20,000 bases of DNA from Chiloscyllium plagiosum (GCF_004010195.1 NC_057719.1:66642917-66662916); one strand, 5' to 3'. Counted from the stretch's first letter, positions 1 through 10,574 are shown. Translations and numbers: made by a program. The notes: generated from the letters alone by a model not told the origin.

Positions 1-140
1 AATGTTTCAAGTCAGTAAGAAAAGGCAAGATTGTCCCACGTTAGATAATAAGCTGCACAAGTGGAGACACATCAATCTGCACTTACATGAATTATAAATG
101 TGACCCTTGGTCCTCACGACACATTCCAGCTGAAAAACTT

Positions 141-192
141 TTTCCACATTTCTATATTATGCAGTGACTGTACATTTCAAAAGTACTTAACT
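141..192 (+). mobile_element. Short fragment of a DeuSINE/SacSINE1-like SINE 3' region
   Basis: CACATTTCTATATTATGCAGTGACTGTACATTTCAAAAGTACTTAA resembles 7909-7952 in this window (CACATTTCCATATGTATAAGTACACTTTGAAAATTCTTAATTGG) and my recollection of the SacSINE1 tail. Confidence 0.45.
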
Positions 193-401
193 AGATGCAC
201 ACTCTTCAGTTGCTGCATATATTTAGATACTCTGCTCATAAGTGGGCAGCAGTCAGAGATAATTTGACGATCAGTCTTTCTCAATATTGTTGCCTGGGCC
301 CTCCTGGTGAAAGTTTGAGTTAAGGCAGAGGATAGCTTCATTAATTGCCTCTCTTTATGTAAATGGTAATCCTAACAGCACCACAGTAACCTTGCATCTA
401 A

Positions 402-415
402 ACACACACACACAC
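402..415. repeat. (AC)7 microsatellite
   Basis: ACACACACACACAC read directly. Confidence 0.9.
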
Positions 416-2280
416 TGCACTATCCTGTTTCTATCTTCCAATCACCTCTCAGCATATACTTCTGCAAGGCATAGCTTTTGATGAAGACTAAAAATTGTTT
501 CTTTTCTTTTTTTTCACCACTCTGCCCTTTTAATGCCCTCATAACCTTTACCAATGCTGCAGAATTGGTTGTATTGGGCTGCTACATTTTTCACCTTCAA
601 CAGTAACAAATCCTCTAGTGTGGTGGGAATCCACCAAGTGTCTACCTTCTTAACATCTGACCCATAATCAAGCAGAAAAGGTGAGATTGCAATAATCTCA
701 GGTCACAAACTGAATTTATACCTACCACAATACCATCTCAAAGAGAATCAAGGTCTGTCCATCAATGAAGGTTAACAGCAGCATACTTAAGTGATATCTC
801 AACTCTTATGAACCTACTATCGAGATTATATTGAATGGACATGATGGAAATAATCATAAATAGTATTCTTTCTTAAGTCGTAGCTTCTAATTTTAGAGAA
901 CATTCAGTGATGAATTTTAACATTTACCGTATATTACTTATAATTTGAATATTACATTTCATTTATAAAACAAGGTTATAAGCTCAATATCCAAAAATAT
1001 CCAAGGTTGCTTTAATGTGTGGCAATAATGATTTACCTATGACAGGAGAATAACGCACAACACATTTGTCATAGCCATTATATTTTAATATTGCGTGCTA
1101 AATCTTTAAAATAACGTCAACAGTTATGGAAGGAGTCAAATTTCATAACACTTCAATTAAAGCAAAGTACATGATTCTGAATATTATATATTCTCAGTAA
1201 TGCATTTAACTGTGGAGGTTGACCTGGCATTTTAGTAGTTGGAATATGATCACTCACTGGGTTTGTTTTTTGCTCCAAGTCAACATTTATCTCTCTTTCT
1301 TTACTATGTCTGGGTACATTTGTCCAACTTTAAATTATTCATTGTAATTTTCTTAGTAACTATTCTTAGTAAAAGTATTCTGACTGAAGTTATTCATTCC
1401 TGTTGCTATTTTGGATCATGTTCAATCTCCCTTTTTTGGATTACATCTGTAATGCATTGGCTCTCCTTTTTCTGTCTTCCAAATTATCCAGTAATTTTTT
1501 TATTGGAAAGAGATCTTGCTCCGACATTGCACAGCTCTAAATGTCTGTTTTGTTATTTGTATTTTACTTGTCTGTGTCCAGATGCCAAGAATGTTGCTGT
1601 ACCATAAGTGTAAGACCACATTGTGGTATGCTCATTATCCTTTGAAAGAATCCCTTCCACATCATAACTGATATTATAATACCCACTCAAGTACTTTCTC
1701 TAGCAGGCATTAACTATTCTTCAGCTTCTAGCAGATACTGATTTATAACTTTCACTCTAATTTCCACAGTGTTTCCCTTGACACACCCTCCAATTTACCT
1801 TCTATCAATCACTTGTCATCTTCAGCAATGGAGTGAACTACCAGAGACATTACTTAAAATTATTTTTAGTAGCGACATGAGTTAAATCTTACAAAAATAA
1901 AGAATGGACAACTCTATGTTATATACATTGCTTATTGCATAGTACACTTGGTAAGTTCCAAAGTGTTCATGTGACATCAATTAAATTGTATTTTACTGCA
2001 GTAAAACCCTTTTTATAAAGTTGTCAATGTGGGTTATGCAATCTCTGTAGTATTGAGTGTGATGTTATAGAGAGAATGATTTATAGGGTTTTTCTGTTAA
2101 TAAGAGAGACATAAGCCATATATATGAAATCAAAGTATATGGTATATTATTGTCATAGTGAGCGGCTACTGGTATTCATTCATGACAAATTTGTATTTTA
2201 CACAGGCTCAACCTTGACTAAGCATTCTTTGATCTTGTTTGTTACATGCACATAATATCTGAATGAACATCCAGATCTAA

Positions 2281-3476
2281 ATGACCTTTTTCTGCTAACA
2301 TGCAATTGCAATTTGTTATTTTTCAGTGGCTTCTAAATATATCAGAATTTTATGGGTCATTACATTTTCCACATTTATGATGTTCACCTCTATATGACAT
2401 GCAGGTGTACTTTAGTTGTACAGCCAAATGAACCTGGGGTTATTGAGAACATAAATTTCCATTGTGAGAATTTGAGCATTATTAGTTTAAAGGCATTCTT
2501 GTAGCTTTCATGTCATACATGAGAAATGTTAGGTCACATCTTGAAACAGCAAAGCTCAAAGTTATTTCATTGCTCTACTTCCAAAAGATCAAAGATTTTT
2601 CTTGAGTTGTTCTCTTCTAAGGAAGAATCGAGCTTTGACCAGTAGTTAAAGTATTTGAAGCATTTTCCAAATGGTGAATTGTTCAGTTAAAAGAAAATTG
2701 CTACATTTTGGGAACATATAATCCAAAGAAAAATTCAAGGAATATTGTGAGGCAGAAAGAAATGGGCAAGAGCTTGCGTGTGATAGTTATCTCAACAAAA
2801 GTATGAACAAGTATAAAAATATTTATGGAATAAATGAACTGAATTAAAGTGTTGTAAAGGTGCATAACTTAATGTGAAGATAATGCAAGCACGTCTTGTG
2901 GACGATTTGTTTTGGCCCCCTGTTACAGTATTATTAATGAATTCATTTTGCATGAATTTATGAAGTTTTTTTTAGTTCATTCATGGGGTAAGGATGTTGC
3001 TGGCTAGGCCATCATTTATGGCCAATCCCTAATTGCCCAGAAGGCAGTTAAGAATCCAGCACATTGCTGTGGGTCTGGAGTCACATGTGGGCTAGACCAT
3101 CCTCCCCTGAATGACATTAGTGCACCAGATGGGTTTTTCAAACAATCGATTCATGAACACCATTAGACTATTAATTCCAGATTTTTATTGAATTCAAATT
3201 CCACCATCTGTCATGTTGGAATTAAACTTGGTCCCCAGGACATCACCTGAGCTTCTGGATTTACAGTCCTGCAATAATACCATTAGGCCATCACCTCCCC
3301 ATTGTAATTACACAGTAACTAGAACAGCTCTTCCCATTGTGTTTGAAGTGCAGGAAACTTAGCTAGCATTGACCACACAGGATTTTGTTAACTTCGCTAT
3401 GTGTATTATCAGTTTCAATAATTTACAACTCTTATTATTTTGATATTTCCACTCGTCAGTCAGTGTGGTATCTTGG
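2281..3476 (+). repeat. Tandem segmental duplication, copy 1 (~1.2 kb)
   Basis: Sequence from ATGACCTTTTTCTGCTAAC to CAGTGTGGTATCTTGG recurs at 3650-4846 (offset 1369-1370). Confidence 0.98.
2966..3300 (-). mobile_element. tRNA-derived SINE with CR1-like 3' tail (inside duplication copy 1)
   Basis: The minus strand starts GGGGAGGTGATGGCCTAATGG (A-box-like) with a degenerate B box and ends in an A-rich tail. The 3' tail resembles the LINE 3' end at 16525-16590. Confidence 0.8.
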
Positions 3477-3649
3477 ATCAGTGGTGCTGGAAGAGCACAG
3501 CAATTCAGGCAGCATCCGAAGACAGGCAAAATCATTTCTGGATCAGTGGTGCTGGAAATTTCTGGATCAGTGGTGCTGGAAATTTCTGGAGACACCACCC
3601 ACGCCCTCCACCTCCTCCAAGACTTCCGTTTCCCCGGCCCCCAACGCCT
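3477..3649. mobile_element. Chimeric Penelope-like element insert at the duplication junction (antisense pLTR piece + 24-bp repeats + sense RT fragment)
   Basis: 3481-3533 is similar to the left arm of the 13694-13898 element. The unit ATTTCTGGATCAGTGGTGCTGGAA occurs at 3534-3557, 3558-3581 and partially at 3582-3590. 3591-3650 translates to DTTHALHLLQDFRFPGPQRL, which I recognise from memory as the PLE RT segment just before the DV/IxSLYT motif. Confidence 0.8.
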
Positions 3650-4846
3650 ATGACCTTTTTCTGCTAACATGCAATTGCAATTTGTTATTTTTCAGTGGCT
3701 TCTAAATATATCAGAATTTTATGGGTCATTACATTTTCCACATTTATGATGTTCACCTCTATATGACATGCAGGTGTACTTTAGTTGTACAGCCAAATGA
3801 ACCTGGGGTTATTGAGAACATAAATTTCCATTGTGAGAATTTGAGCATTATTAGTTTAAAGGCATTCTTGTAGCTTTCATGTCATACATGAGAAATGTTA
3901 GGTCACATCTTGAAACAGCAAAGCTCAAAGTTATTTCATTGCTCTACTTCCAAAAGATCAAAGATTTTTCTTGAGTTGTTCTCTTCTAAGGAAGAATCGA
4001 GCTTTGACCAGTAGTTAAAGTATTTGAAGCATTTTCCAAATGGTGAATTGTTCAGTTAAAAGAAAATTGCTACATTTTGGGAACATATAATCCAAAGAAA
4101 AATTCAAGGAATATTGTGAGGCAGAAAGAAATGGGCAAGAGCTTGCGTGTGATAGTTATCTCAACAAAAGTATGAACAAGTATAAAAATATTTATGGAAT
4201 AAATGAACTGAATTAAAGTGTTGTAAAGGTGCATAACTTAATGTGAAGATAATGCAAGCACGTCTTGTGGACGATTTGTTTTGGCCCCCTGTTACAGTAT
4301 TATTAATGAATTCATTGTGCATGAATTTATGAAGTTTTTTTTAGTTCATTCATGGGGTAAGGATGTTGCTGGCTAGGCCATCATTTATGGCCAATCCCTA
4401 ATTGCCCAGAAGGCAGTTAAGAATCCAGCACATTGCTGTGGGTCTGGAGTCACATGTGGGCCAGACCATCCTCCCCTGAATGACATTAGTGCACCAGATG
4501 GGTTTTTCCAACAATCGATTTGTGAACACCATTAGACTATTAATTCCAGATTTTTATTGAATTCAAATTCCACCATCTGTCATGGTGGGATTCAAACTTG
4601 GTCCCCAGGACATTACCTGAGCTTCTGGATTTACAGTCCTGCAATAATACCATTAGGCCATCACCTCCCCATTGTAATTACACAGTAACTAGAACAGCTC
4701 TTCCCATTGTGTTTGAAGTGCAGGAAACTGTTAGCTAGCATTGACCACGCAGGAGTTTGTTAACTTCGCTATGTGTATTATCAGTTTCAATAATTTACAA
4801 CTTATTATTTTGATATTTCCACTCGTCAGTCAGTGTGGTATCTTGG
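3650..4846 (+). repeat. Tandem segmental duplication, copy 2 (~1.2 kb)
   Basis: Direct match to 2281-3476. The first ~667 bp appear identical and the remainder has about a dozen substitutions/indels. Confidence 0.98.
4335..4670 (-). mobile_element. tRNA-derived SINE (duplicate of 2966-3300)
   Basis: Same SINE within copy 2, with A box TGGCCTAATGG and B-box-like GTTTGAATCC on the minus strand. Confidence 0.8.
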
Positions 4847-5110
4847 TTCATTTCTTATTAATGAAGGTTTTACTCAGTTAAAGCTGTTTTAAGACAGAAT
4901 TTTTGTTTATGGATCGAGCATTCATAATGAATTCCTAGGGGAAATATTTTAAAATATATTTTGGTTTGGTTTCAAAACCAAAGAAATTTAAAATAATAAA
5001 AATGCCAGCAATTGTTTGTATTCGTGTAATTCTGGTTAAACATCAGAATGGTGAACCTCATGTTCGAACTTCTGAATGAGGAATTTGGGGCAATGTGCAC
5101 TGTATTGATC

Positions 5111-5530
5111 GAAGGATGTAAATGACTGTGAGATAGTTCAGAGAAGGTTTACTAGACTAATACCTGAAATGGGGGAGGGGGGGTATTTCTTATGAAAAGT
5201 TGAACCTAGACTTGTATTCACTGAAGTTTGAAAAGTAAGAGTTGAAGCATATAGGGTCTTGAGGGGCCTTGACAGGATAGATGTAGAAAAAGCAATGTAC
5301 AACCAGGGATTCACTGTTTGAAAATCAGGGGTCACCCATTTAAAACAACTTAGGTAAAAAAATATAATTCTCAGAGGATTGTGGTCCTTTGGAACTCTCT
5401 CTCTGAAGAGGTGGTAAAAGCAGAGTATTTTTGAATACTTTGAATATTTAAAAGACTGAGGTGGATAAATTATTATTGAGCAAGAGGATGAAAGGTGTGG
5501 GCAGAATGCAATCATAGATCTTATTAAATT
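5111..5530 (+). mobile_element. Old CR1 LINE 3' fragment (RT C-terminus + 3' UTR)
   Basis: Translates to KDVNDCEIVQRRFTRLIPEMG, homologous to KDILPLEHVQRRFTRMIPGMVG in the young CR1 at 18271-18738. TTCTCAGAGGATTGTGGTCCTTTGGAACTCTCT is SQRxVxxWNSL-like. Many stops and indels. Confidence 0.88.
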
Positions 5531-6289
5531 AAATATTAAATAAGTGTATGCAGATTGACTTCTCCTTGCAAAGTTTCCTGTTGATCAATGATTATCTTTA
5601 AAGGACAATCACTTATCAGACTCGTCTCACATTCACATCAAGCATGATGGCTGTGTCAAAAGCAGTCTTCTGCATGTGATTGCTTCATAGTTCCTTAAAT
5701 GTATTTCCTGCATGTAGCATTCCAAAAACATGCTTGTGTGGTTTCTCAATTATATTTGAAGTTTTTATCTTCTTGGTAGATGAGGCCATGGGCTCATTGG
5801 GAGCTGAGGTTTTTGTAGTATTGCATATTGCACATATTACACATGAAGGTAAAAGGAATTATTCTAAAGCCACATTTATCATACTGCACAACATGTGTTT
5901 GCTGCAGTCCTTTTAGTACACACAATCATATCTGATAATCATGAGTAAGAAGTCTCATTTCCTACTCAGCATAGCGTGAATTGTTTCACTCAACAGAAGT
6001 TGATGTTTTCTCTGGCTTATTGACAACCTATAGCATATATGTACAGTGTTGAGATTATGATAAATTTTAAGTTGTGATTGTGCACCACGTTGAGGCAAAG
6101 GGCTTAATTCAGACATGTTGATGACATTGACTTTCACTCTGCACAGTTTGTTTTCTCTCTTGCCATAAATGAGCGTCTCCCTGAAGAAGTGTGGCTCCCA
6201 TTTTAAAGGTTTATTATGTGAAAGATATTTACTAGGAGCTGCCTCAGATCAATTGTGACATTATGTATAGCCTCAGAGACTCACCTCTA

Positions 6290-7150
6290 AATTAGCAGGC
6301 CTCTATGATGACCCTCCTCCTGCAATGCATCTGCCAAAGGTCAAGAGTCCTGTCTTTGAGACCCTTTGCCTCTGTTTTCCTCCTCCTCCTCCTCCTCCTC
6401 CATGTAAAACCCTTTATCCTGGACTGGGACTGCCTCCCCCCACTGCACCTCATCTTCCTTCTCATCATCCTACTCCTCCAATGATGCCATGAGTTAGCTT
6501 TATGCAACTGTTGATGTTGTGCTTCAGGGGCACTGTTTGCAGCTGCCTAAAAGGTTATTGCCTACTTGCTTGCCTCCCAGAAGCTAATCGTAGTACTATA
6601 TTGGCATTTGCAAATGCTGAGGCTGTGAAATGCTATGAATTCCTCAGAATAAAAGAGTTGGGCAGCTTCCAAAGTATCATGCAGGTACAAGTGGCAACAT
6701 CTTGCTGCGGTCACAAACATGTGCAGGGAAGGGAACGATTTTTGTTTGACATAGGTTGATGAGTTTGTATTACATTGGCAAGATGGATGCACTCTTAAGG
6801 AAAACAGGCTCCCTGGTCTTCTGCATCTGCAATGTGCCATGTCCTTGGCAGAGTGAATCTGCTCCCCAACTTGTGCAAAAATGCAACTGCCTGGTTGCAT
6901 CCACATGAGGCTGATCGGGAGGTGCAAAACAGAGGTCTGCAGCTGAACCTTGGAAATATCGGTTAGCATAGACATTCAGGACAATTTCAAAGCAGGGCTT
7001 GCACACCAACAAACTGAGGCGCCAACTCTTCTCACACCATGGCCCAAATGTTGGTTATTAATTCCCTGGTCAATTTGAACTGCCTTCTGCACTGGGGTTC
7101 AGTCATATGCAGATACAACATACACAATAGTAAACCTTTATATTGAATTA
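6290..7150 (-). pseudogene. Decayed PIF/Harbinger DDE transposase (HARBI1-like family)
   Basis: Minus-strand frames give, in family order, YLHMTEPQCRRQFKLTRELI, LNVYANRYFQGSAADLC, YVKQKSFPSLH / VCD (YxNRKGxxSxNxQxxCD-like) and GSC..SFILRNS (GSxHD-like), then an acidic tail encoded by (GAG)n. Frameshifted. Element ends are unresolved and may extend to ~6050 and ~7800. Confidence 0.8.
6378..6401. repeat. (TCC)8 trinucleotide repeat within the Harbinger acidic tail
   Basis: TCCTCCTCCTCCTCCTCCTCCTCC read directly. Confidence 0.9.
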
Positions 7151-7807
7151 GAACTGAGTTGTCTTTTCCCCCACCCCCATACCCTCCAAGTGCCTGGTGT
7201 GCTCTGAGTTGTTTCCAACTCCTCATCTTGTCTCCTGTCTCTAGCTGCATGCTGCTCATGACTATGTGCCTCTCTAGTGTGTACCTACTCTCCACATTGT
7301 GTACTTTATGTCACTTTCACTTGTCTGGCACACTCTCCGTCCTCTCACTTGGGTCCCTGTGCTTACATGGGGAAAAAGACATTTGCCCATCTGATGCTTC
7401 AGGCACCACTCTCCAATTCCCCTGCCTGTCAGGCACAGACCTGTTTGATTTTCTTGAAGGACTCTAACAATTATTTAAATATTTTAAAGCTTCCCAAAAA
7501 GACACCTAAACTCTCCAAGGTGATAGATACTTGGACTTTACAAAGCACTCTGACGGGTTTCAGTCTTTTGTCTTAAGAGTGTCAAGCTCACAAGCTGTGT
7601 TCTAGAACCCCCACAGACAAAATCCACTTCCAAGTGAAGGCAGCAGAGCACTGAAATGTGCCATTGCAGTCAGGAGATATGCATGCACAAACTCTGCTCT
7701 GATTCCTTTCACCCCTCTGCAAAAATGGGTTGGATTTCTGGGTTCAGGATCCAGCACCATTTTGGATAAGGTGCAGAGCACTTCCTACTGCTCAAAAATT
7801 CAAAACA

Positions 7808-8030
7808 AAGAATTCCATGGAACTATATGGGCTAAAGCAGAGGAGTACTCCCTGATTCCGAGCCAGTGTTTCTTTAATTGCTGTTCGTGCTATGTGCAAA
7901 TTGGCAGCCACATTTCCATATGTATAAGTACACTTTGAAAATTCTTAATTGGACAGAAAGCATTTTGGACATAAAGCACGTTGGGACATCAGTAGGTCAT
8001 GAAAAGGTGCTATAAAAATTCCATTATTTC
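7808..8030 (+). mobile_element. DeuSINE/SacSINE1-like SINE, 3' half
   Basis: GCTATGTGCAAATTGGCAGCCACATTTCC...CTTAATTGGACAGAAAGCATTTTGGACAT...GTCATGAAAAGGTGCTATAAAAA matches my recollection of the Deu domain and tail. Not verified by search. Confidence 0.65.
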
Positions 8031-8467
8031 TTACTTGCACCATTACTAAGACTATTTAAATTGTTAAGAGTAATTTAGAACACAAGTTGGTCATACCACT
8101 GCTATTATTCACATGTGGCAACCATCCAGAAGACAGAGCACTGTTTCCAGTCAGTAATTTATTCAAAAAGATGTTCTTCATTTAAATTTTCCATCGGGTT
8201 AGTGCCAGAGCTCCTGTAAAGTGAAGGTCAATTCACAAGGTAATCAAATATCACTCCCATTCCTATTTCACTCTACCTATTAGAGATCTCAGTCATGTCA
8301 TTTATGTTCTCAGACTATGTTTTTTTTGTAAACTGTCCTAACTGACATTCTAAAGGACACTCAACAAAGACTTGGCACCTGTACAAGCCAGACAGATTGC
8401 ACCTGAACAGAGCCAGGACTGAGTTCTTTTCAGGACATTTTACTAGTGCCATTGGAAGTGTTTTAAA

Positions 8468-9533
8468 CTAACCTGGCAGGGGTAGGCAAACCAAGAGAGA
8501 ATAAAAGAGAAAAATACAAGGATTCACAAAATACTTGGGAGATCTAACTGGCACTAGCATAGAGAAGAGAAAATTAACAAGTGAAGCCAGACTAAGGGAG
8601 AAAATAGTTAAGTCTAAGTCAACGTTACTGTGCATGTATATGAATGCAATGAGTATACTGCATAAGATTGGGAAGTTACAGGCACAGATTACCACCTGGC
8701 AATATGGTGTTGGTGATAACAAGATCTAGTTCAAGGAAGAACAAGACTAAGTGTTAAATGTTCATCTTACTAGGTGTTCAGTAAAAGATAGAAAAGGAAG
8801 GGGAGCAATAGCAGTATTGGTTCAGGAGAGCATTGCTGTGCTCGATAAAGAATACATCTCAGATGGTTCAAGGACAGGATTAAGTTGGCTAAAGCTATTA
8901 AACAAAAAGGAGACAATTAAATTGCTAGTTGACGAAAAGATGGAAATGAGGTTCAGTGCAGGGAAGTGTGAGTTGATGCATTTTGATATGAAGAACATTG
9001 AAAAACAATCTAAATACAGGGCTACAATTCTAAAGGCAGTGCAAGCACTGAGTAACCAGGCTGAGCATGTGCATAGGTCATTGGCATTGGTAGAACAAGA
9101 GAGCAGAAAGTAAAGCATGCAGTATCATTGGTTTTGTTAATAGGGGCATGGTGTACATGAGAAAGGAGGTAATATTGAACTTGTATCACAGTCTTGTTAG
9201 GCGTCAGCTGGAATATTGTGTGCAACTGAACAGTTATGTTATAGGAAGGATGTGAAAGAATGGAAAGAGTGCCCAAGTGATTTACAAGAAAAGTTCCAGG
9301 GAGGAGAAATTAAGGTTATGAGGATAGATTGAAAATGTTGGGATTGTTCTCTGAGGAGAAAAGAAGTCTAAGAGGAGATCTGATAGAGGATCATAAGCGG
9401 GTTAGAGGGGATAAGGGGAAATTGTTACAATTTACAAAAGTATCAAAAACCAGAGGGCCCAGATTGTAAATGATTTGCTGAAGTAGCAAATGCAGGTGAG
9501 AAAGTCTTTTTCACAATAGTCAAATGAGTAGTT
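8468..9533 (+). mobile_element. Old, internally deleted CR1 LINE (APE endonuclease N-terminus joined to RT C-terminus), left part
   Basis: LCMYMNAMSILHKIGKLQAQITTWQY and KDRKGRGAIAVLV are APE motifs. These jump at ~8930 to MRFSAGKCELMHF and LVRRQLEYCVQ (RT C-terminus). Confidence 0.88.
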
Positions 9534-10355
9534 ATAGTGTCAATGTGTCATACAGCATGGAAACAGATTGTTTGGTCGCACCAGTCCATGCCAACCATAA
9601 TCCCAAAATAAACTAGTCCCACTTGCCTTCTCTTGGCCTATATCCCACCAAACCTTTCCTCTTCATGTACTTATCCAAATGTTTTTTAGATGTAGTAACT
9701 GTAGCCACTGTACTTTCGCTGGAAGTTCATTCCACACACAAACCACTCTCTGTGTCAAGAAATAGCCCCTCATGTTCTTTTTAAAACTTTCTCCTTTCAC
9801 CTTAAGAACATGTCCCCTAGTCTTGAAATTCCCCACCAGAGGGAAAAAGACACCTGCCATTCACTTTATCTATACCCCTCATGATTTTAAAAACTTCTAT
9901 ACCTCAACCTCCTACACTCCTGTGAATAAAGTCCCAGTCCCTTCTAACCTCTCCCTATAACTCAAATGTTCCATTTCAGCAACATCCTGATAAATTGTCG
10001 CTCAACCTTCTCCAGCTTAACAATATTCTTCCTATAATAGGACGACCAGAATTTGACACAGTGCTCTGGAAGAGGCCTCACCAACATTCTGTACAACCTC
10101 AGCATGACTTCCCAGCTCTTCTACTCAAAGGTCTGAGCAATGAAGGCACACGTGTTAAATGCCGTCTTCATCACCCTGTCTACATGTGATGTACTTGAAC
10201 CTCTGTTCTACAACACTACCCAAGGCCCCTACTTTTAATTGAACGAGTTCTACCCTTATTTGTTTCATTAAAATGCAATAGGTCACATTTATCCAAATTA
10301 AACTCTATCTGCACTCCTCAGCCCATTGACCCAATCGATCAAGGTCTCTCTGTTA
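9534..10355 (-). mobile_element. 5'-truncated CR1/HER1-type LINE nested in the older CR1
   Basis: Minus ORF 9663-9860 FFPLVGNFKTRGHVLKVKGESFKKNMRGYFLTQRVVCVWNELP is the CR1 ORF2 C-terminus. The 3' UTR and short-repeat tail lie at 9534-9660. Confidence 0.92.
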
Positions 10356-10566
10356 TTGGAAAGCTTTGCCTGGAAGTGTGGAGGAGGCAGGTTCAATTGA
10401 GGCATTCATGAGGCTATTGGAGTATTTGGATAGAAATAATGTGCTATGGTATGGGGAAAAAGCAAGGTATTGGCAGTAAGTAATGTAGCATTTTTGAAAA
10501 GGCAGCGCAGACCTGATGGGCCAAATGGCTACCTACTGAGTCAGAACAGTTGTGTTATTCTGTGAT
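10356..10566 (+). mobile_element. Right part (ORF2 end + 3' UTR) of the interrupted CR1
   Basis: TGGAAAGCTTTGCCTGGAAGTGTGGAGGAGGCAGG (WKALPGSVEEAG) continues the motif broken at ~9533. It ends with GATGGGCCAAATGGC and a short-repeat tail. Confidence 0.85.
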
Positions 10567-10574
10567 ATTTCAAA

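Noticed and set aside
604..680. Exon-like stretch bounded by CAACAG and AAG|GTGAGA
   Set aside because: All three frames contain stops. A non-coding exon cannot be supported without transcript data.
1455..1500. LDNLEDRKRR as the L1 ORF1 LEDRSRRNN motif
   Set aside because: The following residues do not fit and there is no other L1 sequence nearby.
1239..1607. 122-aa hydrophobic + strand ORF as a membrane protein
   Set aside because: Non-ATG start, composition driven by T-rich sequence, and no recognisable motif.
3474..3590. CRISPR-like reading of the repeated TGGATCAGTGGTGCTGGAA motif
   Set aside because: Only three copies with no regular unique spacers, no cas genes, a vertebrate context, and the motif is PLE pLTR sequence.
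3359..3705. Overlapping ORFs 3359-3670, 3385-3705, 3440-3667 and 3465-3653 as genes
   Set aside because: They are by-products of the GC-rich junction insert and its 24-bp repeat. Only the 20-aa RT fragment is meaningful.
6292..6507. Arg-rich protamine-like ORF
   Set aside because: It is an alternative frame of the (GAG)n acidic tail of the Harbinger transposase.
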